A stretch of 56,377 nt of DNA from a virus, in the IMG/VR virus record IMGVR_UViG_3300024254_000001, positions 1 through 56,377 of that record; one strand, written 5' to 3'. Below, in pieces: positions 32,110-42,600 of this stretch; the first letter of the stretch is position 1; the number at the start of each line of letters is the position of its first letter. A model generated the notes under the pieces. The model saw only the letters and a program-made list of their open reading frames with translations, ran no database searches and was not told the DNA's origin. Both the position numbers and the translations under genes were made by a program.

Positions 32110-34224
32110 ATGGCAACACAATCACCGATTCTTACTGATGGCTCCCTGAACTTTCAGGGCGGTGTAAATTCTCTAGTTCCCGCCACTGTGGCAACACAAG
32201 CAAACCCAAATGGATTACAAAGGGACCAAACGGCGTGGCTCGTAAATGCCACTGTTCGAGATGGTGGGATTTCTCCCCGCGCCGGTTGGAACCAATTGCA
32301 AAAACTGCTCGATACCCTCGACAAGAGTTTAGTTGGCACGATCGGGTATCAGGGCGGATTTCTCTACCGACCTTTGGACGGAAACCCGTACCTTATATTT
32401 TCAGTTGGGGGAGTCATCTACCGCACGGACCCTGATGGAGTCTCGCCGATCAATCTTTCCGCAGCATTCGGACTCACCAATCCCTCCGGTGTTGCTCACG
32501 CGTATTTTTGTCAGGGAGAACAGTTCTTAGTGATTCAGGCGGGCGACGGCGTAACGCTGCCTCTGTTTTGGGATGGCACGACGTTGAGACGGTCAAACGG
32601 GTTATCGCCCTCGCAATCGGCCTCGACGTCAACAAAGCTCCAACTCATCAGCGCTAATGACCTCCAGGCATTCACGGTACCGATACAAGGTGATTCTGTT
32701 AAGTTGACATGGGGAAGCGTGGCAGGGCTGGCCCAAGACGATATTGTAATAATCTACCGACACAACACCACCACCTCTTTTGGAACGTACGGAGTTACCA
32801 GTATTGCGGGCAACACGCTGGTTCTTAAAAAGCAGGATTTCAACGCGGGACCGTTCAATGTGAATTTCACCTTTGACCTGTTCAAATCCGGCTCTGCCAC
32901 TCCAGCCAAGATCGCCGAATTGCCTGCCGGTTTTGCGATGGATTATTACATGCAACGGATTTGGTACGTGTTCGGCGACCAACGCACCTATACGGCTGGA
33001 GACATCGTTGGAAACACTACCTCCGGAACCCAGGCGTACAACTTCACTGATTCGATTTTGAGAATCAGCGAGAATCCGTTGGCTCTTGGCGGTGATGGTT
33101 TCCACATTCCGAGCGACGGCGGCAACATTCGCGCCCTGACTCACACCGCCAACATTGACGCAGCTTTAGGCCAGGGGTTGCTCTACATCAGCACCCGAAA
33201 ACAGATTTACTCTCTGCAAGTGCCGGTCAGCCGGGCCGACTGGATTAACGCCAACAGCACCAACGCCCCGCTTCAAACCGTGGTGCAACTGGTCAACGGA
33301 GCAACCGGCGATCGCTGCATCGTTCCGGTCAACGGCGATCTTTATTATCAGTCGCTTGAGCCTGCAATCCGGAGTCTTGTGATCGCAACGCGCTACTTTG
33401 GTCAGCCCGGCAATACGCCGATCTCCAACCCCGAGACTCGAATACTGCAATTCAACGACCGGGCATTGCTGTCCTTTGCTACTGGAATCTCATTCAACAA
33501 TCGCCTGCTCGAATCGGCGTTACCCAAACTGACTTCCAAAGGCGTCATCCATCAGGCGATTGTCCCGCTCGATTTCACCCCGCTCAACAAACCTCCGCAG
33601 CAACAGGGATTGCCTCCTGTTTGGGAGGGACACTACGAAGGGCTGGACATTCTGCAATTGTTTGTTGGGGACTTTGGCGGGCTGGAGAGGGCATTTGCGA
33701 TCGTAGTTTCCAAAGTGGATGGCGGTTTGTGGCTTTGGGAATTGACGCAGGGCGCTTTGACGGAGAGCGGCGATAGCCGGATCACGTGGCAGATGGAATT
33801 CCCCGCGTTCAATTGGGGCGACGATTTCACGTTGAAGCGTCTGGTTGGAGGTGAACTTTGGATTGACCGATTATCGGGTACGGCCGAGTTTACGCTGGAA
33901 TACCGACCGGACTCGTACTCGTGTTACATACCATGGCTCGCCTGGAAAGTATGCAGTTCTCGCGATTGCGAGGAGAACATTCCGACCAATTGCCCACCGG
34001 TAAGTTACCCGCCGCAGCCAGCAACCCAGAACGGACTTGGCTACCGTCAAACGATAGGATTCCCAAAGCCTCCCACAATCTGCGACAAGCAAATGGGACG
34101 TCCATCCGATGTCGGTCACCAATTCCAATGCCGGTTGACCGTGAAAGGCAGTTGCCGGATACGCGGAATTTTCCTGCACGCCACAAGGTTCGAGCGCCAG
34201 CTTTACGACAATCTGCCTTGCTAA
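32110..34224 (+). CDS. Tail tubular protein B / nozzle-like protein (T7 gp12-like N-terminus, tentative)
   Basis: The N-terminal pattern SLNFQGGVNS...N..V.DGGISPRAG resembles the T7 gp12 pattern NLKGGISQQP...GLQKRPP, from memory. 704 aa. Confidence 0.5.
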   Translation: MATQSPILTDGSLNFQGGVNSLVPATVATQANPNGLQRDQTAWLVNATVRDGGISPRAGWNQLQKLLDTLDKSLVGTIGYQGGFLYRPLDGNPYLIFSVGGVIYRTDPDGVSPINLSAAFGLTNPSGVAHAYFCQGEQFLVIQAGDGVTLPLFWDGTTLRRSNGLSPSQSASTSTKLQLISANDLQAFTVPIQGDSVKLTWGSVAGLAQDDIVIIYRHNTTTSFGTYGVTSIAGNTLVLKKQDFNAGPFNVNFTFDLFKSGSATPAKIAELPAGFAMDYYMQRIWYVFGDQRTYTAGDIVGNTTSGTQAYNFTDSILRISENPLALGGDGFHIPSDGGNIRALTHTANIDAALGQGLLYISTRKQIYSLQVPVSRADWINANSTNAPLQTVVQLVNGATGDRCIVPVNGDLYYQSLEPAIRSLVIATRYFGQPGNTPISNPETRILQFNDRALLSFATGISFNNRLLESALPKLTSKGVIHQAIVPLDFTPLNKPPQQQGLPPVWEGHYEGLDILQLFVGDFGGLERAFAIVVSKVDGGLWLWELTQGALTESGDSRITWQMEFPAFNWGDDFTLKRLVGGELWIDRLSGTAEFTLEYRPDSYSCYIPWLAWKVCSSRDCEENIPTNCPPVSYPPQPATQNGLGYRQTIGFPKPPTICDKQMGRPSDVGHQFQCRLTVKGSCRIRGIFLHATRFERQLYDNLPC

Positions 34225-34231
34225 CGTTGCT

Positions 34232-35209
34232 ATGAAAATACCGTGCCCAGTAAAAGCGCCGTGTCTGGATGACGCAAACCCGTTCCAGAATTTAAGCTCC
34301 GAAGCTCCCGACATTAACCGGTTCTTCGCGTATGGCAGTGGGCCGGGCAGAGTCGGTCACGGAACCACGACCGGCCCGGGAAGCGTTGGACCCGGACCCG
34401 GCCAGAATTGGAATGCTTCGTGCCAGACTCCAGATGGGCCAATCAGTTGCGCAGCCGCCACAATTGAGGAAGCAGAGTTGTGCGTGGAAAGACTTGGCCA
34501 ACTATGTGCCGCCCCACCGGACGCACCTCCGGACCCGGATCAACCGCAAGACCCGTCAGGGCCAACCGATCCAGTTGAACCGCTTTTCTTCAATGCGTTC
34601 CAGTTCTGCCAAAGCACTTGCCCAGACGGAACACCGTTCACCTTCCAGGTCATGGCGGGCGCTTTCGTTGCCACATCGCAAATCGTTGCCGACCGGGAGG
34701 CGTTTAGTTTTGCGTGCCGCCAAGCGCAGCTTCAAAGGGTCTGCCTCAGTGCCTTGACGCCAACAAACGCGTGCGCTGGAAAAGCGTATAGCGGGACGTT
34801 GCACGTAACTGGAGGAACTGGATTCACGTTCTCAATCGTTGGCGGTTCGCTGCCTCCAGGTATCAATATGTCGTTTGTCGGAAACACGGTGTTGCTTTCC
34901 GGGACCCCAACCACACCCGGAAATTACAGCTTCACTATTCGGGCATTGAACAATGTGGGTCATGCCGTGGTGAGGGGTTACACCATTTTCGTTTTGGGAT
35001 TCACGAACCCGCCGCCGACCAACTTTATTCAAAACACCCCCTACAGCTTTCAGATGACCGCAGCCGGTGGCGTTGCTCCTTACACCTTTGCGATTCAGGA
35101 CGGCTCGTTGCCGGTTGGATTAACGATGTCGGATGCCGGTCTTATCAGTGGCACACCAACGTCAAATTCGGATACGAGCTTTACCTGTGCCGTGACTGAT
35201 TCAGCGTGA
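34232..35209 (+). CDS. Structural protein with two He_PIG-type Ig-like domains
   Basis: The two domains read GKAYSGTLHVTGGTGFTFSIVGGSLPPGINMS...LSGTPTTPGNYSFTIRA and NTPYSFQMTAAGGVAPYTFAIQDGSLPVGLTMSDAGLISGTPTS. Confidence 0.75.
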   Translation: MKIPCPVKAPCLDDANPFQNLSSEAPDINRFFAYGSGPGRVGHGTTTGPGSVGPGPGQNWNASCQTPDGPISCAAATIEEAELCVERLGQLCAAPPDAPPDPDQPQDPSGPTDPVEPLFFNAFQFCQSTCPDGTPFTFQVMAGAFVATSQIVADREAFSFACRQAQLQRVCLSALTPTNACAGKAYSGTLHVTGGTGFTFSIVGGSLPPGINMSFVGNTVLLSGTPTTPGNYSFTIRALNNVGHAVVRGYTIFVLGFTNPPPTNFIQNTPYSFQMTAAGGVAPYTFAIQDGSLPVGLTMSDAGLISGTPTSNSDTSFTCAVTDSA

Positions 35210-36000
35210 GCACTTGCGCCAGCGATTTTGCTATTCATGTGGTGGGGCAAACGTGTCCCTCTCTCAACACGGGCGGAACTATCACCAACGCCGACCCAAT
35301 CAGCCCTTACGATGGCCCGCCGTGGCATTATATTGTTTTCCCGGTTCAGATGTTCACAGGGGTAGCGATGAACATTTACATTACGCAATGGAGCGGAAAT
35401 GCCTTTTCGGGCCAATTCAACTTCGTTGACCCGTTCAACAACGTCCTAGTGGGGCCTCAGAACTTTTCAACGAACACAGTTTTTCGAGTCACGCCACCAG
35501 CAGACGGCATTTACTCCTTGGTATTTGAGGCATTTGACCCGGCAATAGATGGCAACGGGACAGTCGCATTTTTCACTGACTGCGAGGATGCAGACATACC
35601 TTGCGTGTTGCCTGGAGGTTTGCCCGCTCGCATCCGCATCCAGGGTTACGTAGATGGAATTTTTGACCTGAGCGCGTGCGCGAGCGCCGCCAGCGTCTTG
35701 CCTGTTTGGGACGGAACGATGCCGGATTATTTGGGAGGGGGCGATTGGGAAGCGGATGGAGTTAATTTCCCAAGCAACTTTTCGATTCAAGGCAAGAGAC
35801 TCGCTGAGGCTTTTGTGGTGTACCAAGCTTGCAGCCCGGCAGGCCCGGCGACTTGGACCTTGTTCATTGAGCTTGGAGATACATTCGATTCTGAGCCGTG
35901 GGTAGGTGTTCTGCTCACGGGAAACACCCCGGCAGGCGTTTACCGAAGATTAAGCGGTTGCTCTCCCGGCCCGGCGACCATAACCGTTGAGGCTTACTAA
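35206..36000 (+). CDS. Hypothetical structural protein (264 aa), MSTC N-terminus
   Basis: GTGA overlap with the upstream stop. It shares the N-terminal MSTC..F motif with the next ORF. Confidence 0.7.
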   Translation: MSTCASDFAIHVVGQTCPSLNTGGTITNADPISPYDGPPWHYIVFPVQMFTGVAMNIYITQWSGNAFSGQFNFVDPFNNVLVGPQNFSTNTVFRVTPPADGIYSLVFEAFDPAIDGNGTVAFFTDCEDADIPCVLPGGLPARIRIQGYVDGIFDLSACASAASVLPVWDGTMPDYLGGGDWEADGVNFPSNFSIQGKRLAEAFVVYQACSPAGPATWTLFIELGDTFDSEPWVGVLLTGNTPAGVYRRLSGCSPGPATITVEAY

Positions 36001-36504
36001 ATGTCCACCTGCCTGGAACAATTCGACATGACACCGGCAAGTGATGTTTGCCCAAACTGGGCAACGTTGTTCTGGGGAATTCCCACGTTCACAACCAACG
36101 GCGCGGGTCTGGCGACGTTCACGCCGAATTCAGCGGCCTCCGATACTGCCGTTGCTACAGCAACCGCGCCCATGGGCTTCAACGATCGGGGAACCTCGAC
36201 CAACACCGGAACGTTGACCTATAACGGTCATGGATGCCATTGCAAGCTGCACATTGTTGTGACGCAGACCGGCACAGTGGGGCATCAAGCCGGGCAACTC
36301 ATTGTGACCACTTCGTTGGGGCCTGCTCTATACGTCAACAATCTCCTGAACACCAACGGAACCACGGATGCGACTTTCGATCTGCCCGACACTGGAGGCG
36401 CAAACATCACAGTCAGCGTGATGATTAGCATCTCATCTGGGCAACTTGGCGTCGTGATTGGGCTTCAAGCTCTGACTCTGACTGCCACCGTTGGCAATGT
36501 TTAG
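36001..36504 (+). CDS. Hypothetical structural protein (167 aa), MSTC N-terminus
   Basis: The ATG directly follows the upstream TAA. Confidence 0.7.
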   Translation: MSTCLEQFDMTPASDVCPNWATLFWGIPTFTTNGAGLATFTPNSAASDTAVATATAPMGFNDRGTSTNTGTLTYNGHGCHCKLHIVVTQTGTVGHQAGQLIVTTSLGPALYVNNLLNTNGTTDATFDLPDTGGANITVSVMISISSGQLGVVIGLQALTLTATVGNV

Positions 36505-36542
36505 TCTTTGACTCATGGGCTGATTCAGCCGATAACAGCGAT

Positions 36543-37604
36543 ATGCCGCAACGTCTCAGGCTTTACGATGCGCGAGTTTCCAGACTCCCGGGCCTTGTGG
36601 GGTTGTGCCGCGAGGACATTGTTGGAGTCGCCAACGTAGTGAACAGCGTTCAGGAGCGGCTGCTTTACGCCAAAGAGGCAGGCGACGAAGGTTGGTACGG
36701 GAGTTACGCGGAGGTGTTAATGCAGGCATCGCGATTGACCCCTTACGTGACGCTTCCCCGGGAGATTGCGAGAATCGAATTTGCGGACGTGTGCGACAAG
36801 CCGGTTGCGCTCAATAACCAGTTCCAGAGCTACCTGAGATTTGGCAACGGACGTCTTCCCAAACTGTGCCGGAACAGTTTCCACGGATGCCTGACAACCG
36901 TGTGGACGCGCAACGATGCAGTCACGTTCATTGATCCGCCAACCCAACCATTCTTTTTGCAGGCGATCGCGCTCGACCCTGCCGATGTTCAGAGCGCGAG
37001 GCGGTTGCTCTTTCAAGGTACGGATGCCAACGGCGAGGTGATTTACTCGCAGGACGCAAACAATCAGGTTACCGGCGAATACGTCACGCTCGCATCACCG
37101 TTTGGCGGGTCTGTGAATTCTTTCAGCCGGTTGACCGGCATTCAGAAAGACGTGACCGTTGGAGCGGTTCAGATTTTTTCCGTGGACGCTGCTACCGGGG
37201 TCACCACGATGATTCTCACCATGGAGCCGGGTGAGCAATCCTCGCTCTACAAACGTTATTACTTTAACGCCCTCCCATGTGCCTGCCCGAGCACTCAGGG
37301 TTGTGTCACGCCGCAGACAATTCCCATTCGCGCCCTGGTAAAGCTCGACTTGATTCCGGCGACCGTGGACCAGGATTATTTGCTCATCCAGAGTTTGGAG
37401 GCGTTGACCGAGGAAGCTCAGTCACAACGAATGGCCGGTATTGACGGCATGGAGGCGAAAACCGAATCGGGTAACCGGCACAAGACGGCAGTTCAGTTTC
37501 TGAACGGCCAATTGACTCATTATGTGGGGAAGAACAGCCCGGCCCTTGTGTTCAAACCCTTTGGAAGTGCCCGGTTGGAGCGCGTCAAGATTGGAATGCA
37601 GTGA
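36543..37604 (+). CDS. Hypothetical virion protein (353 aa)
   Basis: ORF in the structural block. No motif recognised. Confidence 0.75.
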   Translation: MPQRLRLYDARVSRLPGLVGLCREDIVGVANVVNSVQERLLYAKEAGDEGWYGSYAEVLMQASRLTPYVTLPREIARIEFADVCDKPVALNNQFQSYLRFGNGRLPKLCRNSFHGCLTTVWTRNDAVTFIDPPTQPFFLQAIALDPADVQSARRLLFQGTDANGEVIYSQDANNQVTGEYVTLASPFGGSVNSFSRLTGIQKDVTVGAVQIFSVDAATGVTTMILTMEPGEQSSLYKRYYFNALPCACPSTQGCVTPQTIPIRALVKLDLIPATVDQDYLLIQSLEALTEEAQSQRMAGIDGMEAKTESGNRHKTAVQFLNGQLTHYVGKNSPALVFKPFGSARLERVKIGMQ

Positions 37605-37613
37605 CATAATTTT

Positions 37614-38660
37614 ATGCCAGCAAGCGACGTTTTAAACAGATTCTTTGGTACCGGGATGACCGTTGGCGGCGGGGCGCGGGGTGTCGGCCCGGCGAGTGGC
37701 GCGTTGCTCCCCGGCGTGCAAAACAAATACGATCCAGCTTATGGTGGCGTGCCGGGAGTCCCAAATCCGGTGTCAACCGCAGGGCAGGCAATCACCGGAA
37801 ACCTCGCCAATCTTCCGCAGATCGCCCAACTCACCCAAGGTCTGGACACCGCATCCGGCGCGGGGGTCATGGCTGCGCTCGCTCAAGAGATTCCGGGGAT
37901 TCAAGGTTTGATCGGAGGCGCTACTAACACTCTGAACGAGTTTAATTCGGGTCAAGTGCCGCAAGATGTCATTGACCAAATCGCTCAGGGTTCGGCGGAA
38001 ATTGGGGCAGGACGTGGCATGGGGCCGATGTCACCATTCAGCAATGCGAATTACCTCCGCGCATTGGGCCTGACATCGCTTGGCATGAAGGAAAAGGGGT
38101 TGTCCGGAACTAACGCCTTAATGGGTTCAGTTCCGCGAGCGCCAGCGTTTGACCCTTCCTCGATGACGGTTAATCCCAGGGACCAACAGGAAGCCGAATA
38201 CATGGCGGAAGTCATGGCCAACGCGCCGGTACCCGCAGCAGCCGCGAAAGCCAATTTGGCGGCGTTGAATGCAGGGACAGGATTCCGGCCTCCGGGAGTC
38301 GGCGGGCCGGTCGGTGGATTCAATGTGCCGATTCACGGTGGGCCTGGATTCCCAGACGTGCCAATGGCGGGCGCGATGACCGGATTTAACCCAGACGCAA
38401 CCACGGCAGTCATGGGAGCATCCGGACCCAGCGGTGTGGATTCCGTTGGCAGCTACTATCAGACGCCGCAAGCTTACGACAATTGGAACAAGCTCGCTGC
38501 CACATGGGCGACGTCACCCACCGGTAATCCCGCCGAGTACGACCCGGAGATTGACGCCATGAACCAGAACATCATCAGCGACATTCCGGCTGAGCCGATT
38601 TATCCCGATGACCAGTACGCTCAGCAATGGCAGGACTTTTACGACATGGGAGGAGTCTAA
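37614..38660 (+). CDS. Gly/Ala/Pro-rich internal-virion-protein-like ORF (348 aa)
   Basis: Called from composition and from its position upstream of the giant protein. Confidence 0.7.
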   Translation: MPASDVLNRFFGTGMTVGGGARGVGPASGALLPGVQNKYDPAYGGVPGVPNPVSTAGQAITGNLANLPQIAQLTQGLDTASGAGVMAALAQEIPGIQGLIGGATNTLNEFNSGQVPQDVIDQIAQGSAEIGAGRGMGPMSPFSNANYLRALGLTSLGMKEKGLSGTNALMGSVPRAPAFDPSSMTVNPRDQQEAEYMAEVMANAPVPAAAAKANLAALNAGTGFRPPGVGGPVGGFNVPIHGGPGFPDVPMAGAMTGFNPDATTAVMGASGPSGVDSVGSYYQTPQAYDNWNKLAATWATSPTGNPAEYDPEIDAMNQNIISDIPAEPIYPDDQYAQQWQDFYDMGGV

Positions 38661-38663
38661 AAG

Positions 38664-39662
38664 ATGGTAATCCCTCCATGGATTAAAGCCGCCGACCCTG
38701 CCGCTCACATGGCGCAGGGGATGCACATTGGTTTGCAGGCGAGCGAGCAGGAATTGGCAGAGCGGACAAGGCAACACGCAGCGGCGATGCGTGCCGCACA
38801 GTTCCAGCAGGAGATGGACGCGCAAGCCGCTTCTCAACGGTTCAAGGAAATACAGGCGGCACGCCAGGAACAGGAGCAGGCACAGGCACAGGCTTTCCAG
38901 GAACAGAAATTTTCTCTCATTGCCTCGCAAGCCGCCCAGAAACATCAGGCGATGCAGGAATATCAGGCAGCAATCAACAGCGGCATGGACCCCAACGAGG
39001 CGATTCTTAAATTTGGACCCGCGATGTCAGCCAACACTGGCACAGCAGCCGCGTTGCGGGCGCGTGAGCGTGAAATGCGGACACCCAAATCCTGGAACGA
39101 GGTAACGATGCCCAGCGGATTGAAGACGCTCCAGAGCAGCACCGGTGATTTGAGGTTTGCACCCCGCAGTGCGTCAGGCGAGCCAGCCGCTATGCCAACG
39201 GTTGTGGACGTGAACGGCATCCCAATGTTGCAAGTGCCCAATGCTAATGGTGGATTCCATTATCAGAACGCGCCCCGTCAACCGGCTGTGAAGTCCGGGT
39301 TGACGCCGATGCAAACGATGATGGAGCGCGATCGCACTGAGAAAGCTCTGGCGGCGTTGATCGATGGTAACCCCACTTTGGATTTGGCTGAGGACGCCAA
39401 ACCCCCGACCAAGGCGAGTGAGTTAGGCAAAACCAGATGGAAGGCGGCAAAATCGCAGGCCGATAAGCTCAGGAAGCGCATTCAGGAGATGGAGGATCGA
39501 CTAGCTGGAGGCAACGAAGACACAGCCGCAACAGCTTCCCCGCCGCATGATGAGCCTGGAAATCCGGACGGTGAACCGGTGGATTCGGGTACCACACCGG
39601 CACCGGGACCAACAACCAGCAAAGCTTTTAAGGTTGGCGGCTATACCGTGACTCCGCTATAA
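38664..39662 (+). CDS. Gln/Ala-rich coiled protein (332 aa)
   Basis: ORF in the structural block with a helical low-complexity N-terminal half. Confidence 0.7.
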   Translation: MVIPPWIKAADPAAHMAQGMHIGLQASEQELAERTRQHAAAMRAAQFQQEMDAQAASQRFKEIQAARQEQEQAQAQAFQEQKFSLIASQAAQKHQAMQEYQAAINSGMDPNEAILKFGPAMSANTGTAAALRAREREMRTPKSWNEVTMPSGLKTLQSSTGDLRFAPRSASGEPAAMPTVVDVNGIPMLQVPNANGGFHYQNAPRQPAVKSGLTPMQTMMERDRTEKALAALIDGNPTLDLAEDAKPPTKASELGKTRWKAAKSQADKLRKRIQEMEDRLAGGNEDTAATASPPHDEPGNPDGEPVDSGTTPAPGPTTSKAFKVGGYTVTPL

Positions 39663-39669
39663 GCGGGGA

Positions 39670-42600
39670 ATGGCCTCGTACGAAGTCAGCGCACCGGACG
39701 GGAGACGTTTCCGAATTGAGGGCGACCAGCCTCCCGGCGAAGACGATCTAGACAAGATTTTCAACCAGCCAGCCGTACCAACGTTCGAGCCTCGCGCCGA
39801 CATCGCCCCGGAAACCCCGCGAGACGTTGAGGAAGCTCAGCGAATGGGGTCACCTACCCGCGAGCTTGCGCATACTTTTGACGTAGCTGGACGTGGATTG
39901 GTCGGAGGCTTGGCAGATTTGGGCAAGGTGTTCTTCCGCCCGGTGACCGAGGAACTTTATCCGGAGCAGGCTACCCCGGGACCGGTAACCGCCCCTTTTG
40001 AAAACCTGGAGGTAGCGGGAGACACGAGGGTACCATTGCCTGCCAAAAACTTGGCTCCCCTTCCTGCTTCTGCTCAGTTCGCCGGTCATGCAGCGCAAGG
40101 GTTGATCGAAACTACTCCCAAAATCGCCGGTGTCGCCGGGCTGGAAATGGCTGGCATCCCCGCGCCGATCGCAGCCGGAGCAGTCTTTGGACAAACCGAG
40201 CAAGGTTTTGACCCCAAACAGGCGGCAATTGCAGCGGGCCTGCCACTGCTTGGGCGCGTGTCCGGTGGCACAGTCGGCACAGTAGCAAAACTCTTGGGGG
40301 TTGAATCTCCGAAGGCTTTGAACTGGATGAAGGGGATCGCCGGTACCGCCGGGCCAGCCGGAGCGATGTTGGCCGAAGGCGAGCGGGAGATTTCCAAACT
40401 GCCAAAAAAACAACAAGAAACCGCACGTAATCAATTGTGGGAAAGCATCGCCGGGCAAGCGGCTCTTGGCCCCATGGGAGTGCGGTTTGAGAAAGGACTA
40501 AATGCCAGCCAAAACAGAACGTCAACGCAGGTTCATGGCGATGTGCGCCCACAACCCGGGGAAGGCGCAGGGCAAGTGCCCCTCGAAAGCAGTCGCCAGG
40601 GAGTTCAGCCACAAAGCGAAGCGGGCGCATCCCAAGAGGGACAAGCGCGGGTTTTACTGAGTGACGAGGAATACTTGGCACACGAGCGGCAGGCGATTGA
40701 GGAAGCCGAAAGGCTTGGCTCACCGGCAACCGCCGTGGATGAGTTTTCCGGTCAAACCGAAGACCAGCCGTTTGCCGGAGCATTCATGTTGCCGACACAG
40801 AGCGGCATGGAGATTCGCTCACCGAATTTCCGTAGCTGGCTCGAAAGCATCCCGAAAGAGAAACGGGCACAGGCAATCACTCAGCGAGTGCTGGAGGAGC
40901 ACATTCACCGGCACGTCTCAAATGAGGACGCAGCCGCATATAACAAGACACTCACCGGCCTGGAGCGAGCGATTGAGCACCGGGCTTATACCGGAGAATG
41001 GTCACCGGAGACGTTGCAGCAAAAACGCGGGGTAAAATTCTCCGAATCACAGCTTGGTCATGAGGCAATCCGGCGCAGGATGCAGCGCTTGATGGGCGGC
41101 AGTAGCAGCGAGGTTGCCGAGGCAGCTTTGCGCGAGCGTTGGACACTCAAGAGTTTGGAAGCGCTCTCGGACATGGTACGCAATGTGCGGGAAGGATTCG
41201 GCACAAAAGCCAGCGGTGAAGGCGTGAAACTCCTCAACAAACTGGAAGACAACTTGAGCGCTGCCAGGGCGGCAGTGTCCGGACAGCAGCAGCCGGGAGC
41301 TTTCCAAAAAGAGGACACCTCCGATGCTGTTCAGCAATTCGAGGAGCGGTTGAAAGCTGGCCAAGGCGGCAACAAAATCTCGACCGAAGCGGGACTTGGC
41401 GCGAAATCCATATCCGACCTGGAGGCTCTAAAATCCATTCGGGAAACCGCGATCGAGAAGCGTGATGACGTGATGAAGCGTCTTCATTCTGCGACTCCGG
41501 ACAAGCAGGGCGCTTTATTCGCCGAAGCGATGAAGCTCAACAGCGATCTCCAGCTTGCGCGTGAGGCAATTGAGGTGGCGACCGATACCGGAAGCTGGCA
41601 GGAGTCTGAGCAGCATGTTGCTCCTCTGGGCGACCGGCCCATGAACTGGCGCGACAATCCGGAAGTGGCTGACTGGCTCAAAGAGCACGGCAAAGGTCTT
41701 GGCATAACGCTGCCCGATGAATTGGCACAACAACCCGCAGCCTTTCAAAAGGATTACGATGAGCGGCTTGGCGACATTGTTCGCGGCAACGAATCTCAGG
41801 CAGCGGAGTTTCGGCGACTGGCAAAGGAGGCAGGCACGCCTGTAATGCGAGTCCGCTACCAGCGAGAGGCGGACAAATTGCAGCGGGCGGCAGATGCGAT
41901 TAAGGCAGCAGTTCCAGAGTGGGAACACCGCTCAACGCCAGCAGCATTCCAGAAAGAATTTGGCCTTCCGCCCGGCAAACCGGGTGAGGAAAGGGGAGGT
42001 GTTCCACCGTTAAAGGGGGAGTTACCTTTAACCTCAACCACACCCGGCGAGGCACGTCCATCGGCAACTGAGCTTGGCGCGAAAGCTTTCACCGCTCGCG
42101 ACCTGGAGCAAGCTGGTGAAGCGCACATTAAGGAGCAGACGTCACGCGTCCTGTCTCAACTGGAGGCTGGCAAGCGGGTAACTCCGATCTCGTTCGATGA
42201 TTACCAAACCGCCATGCAGCACAAATATGGCGATTTGAAGCCCGGCCAACTGTTCGAAGGTTACCAGGACACGCTCAACAAAACCCTCCTGTCGGCCTCC
42301 GGACGTGAACTGGAGGCGTTGGCCAAGTCGGTGGGGGTCAAGACCAGCGGGAAGATCGCCGACCCGAGTACGGTTCAGGGTTTCGGCTTAAAACTGGAGC
42401 CTGGGAGCCGGAAAGTGGCGGAACAGATGCGAGCCGAGGAAAAGGGCGCTTCTCAACGTCAACGTTACCGTAACTCCGTAATCAGCCGGGTTGCTGAGAA
42501 ATTGCTGTCCGATGCCGCTCCGGAGACAAAAACCCCATCACGTACCAATATCTCTCCAGAAGATTTGAGGCTGGCGGATGAAACCAAGCAACCGGGGTTC

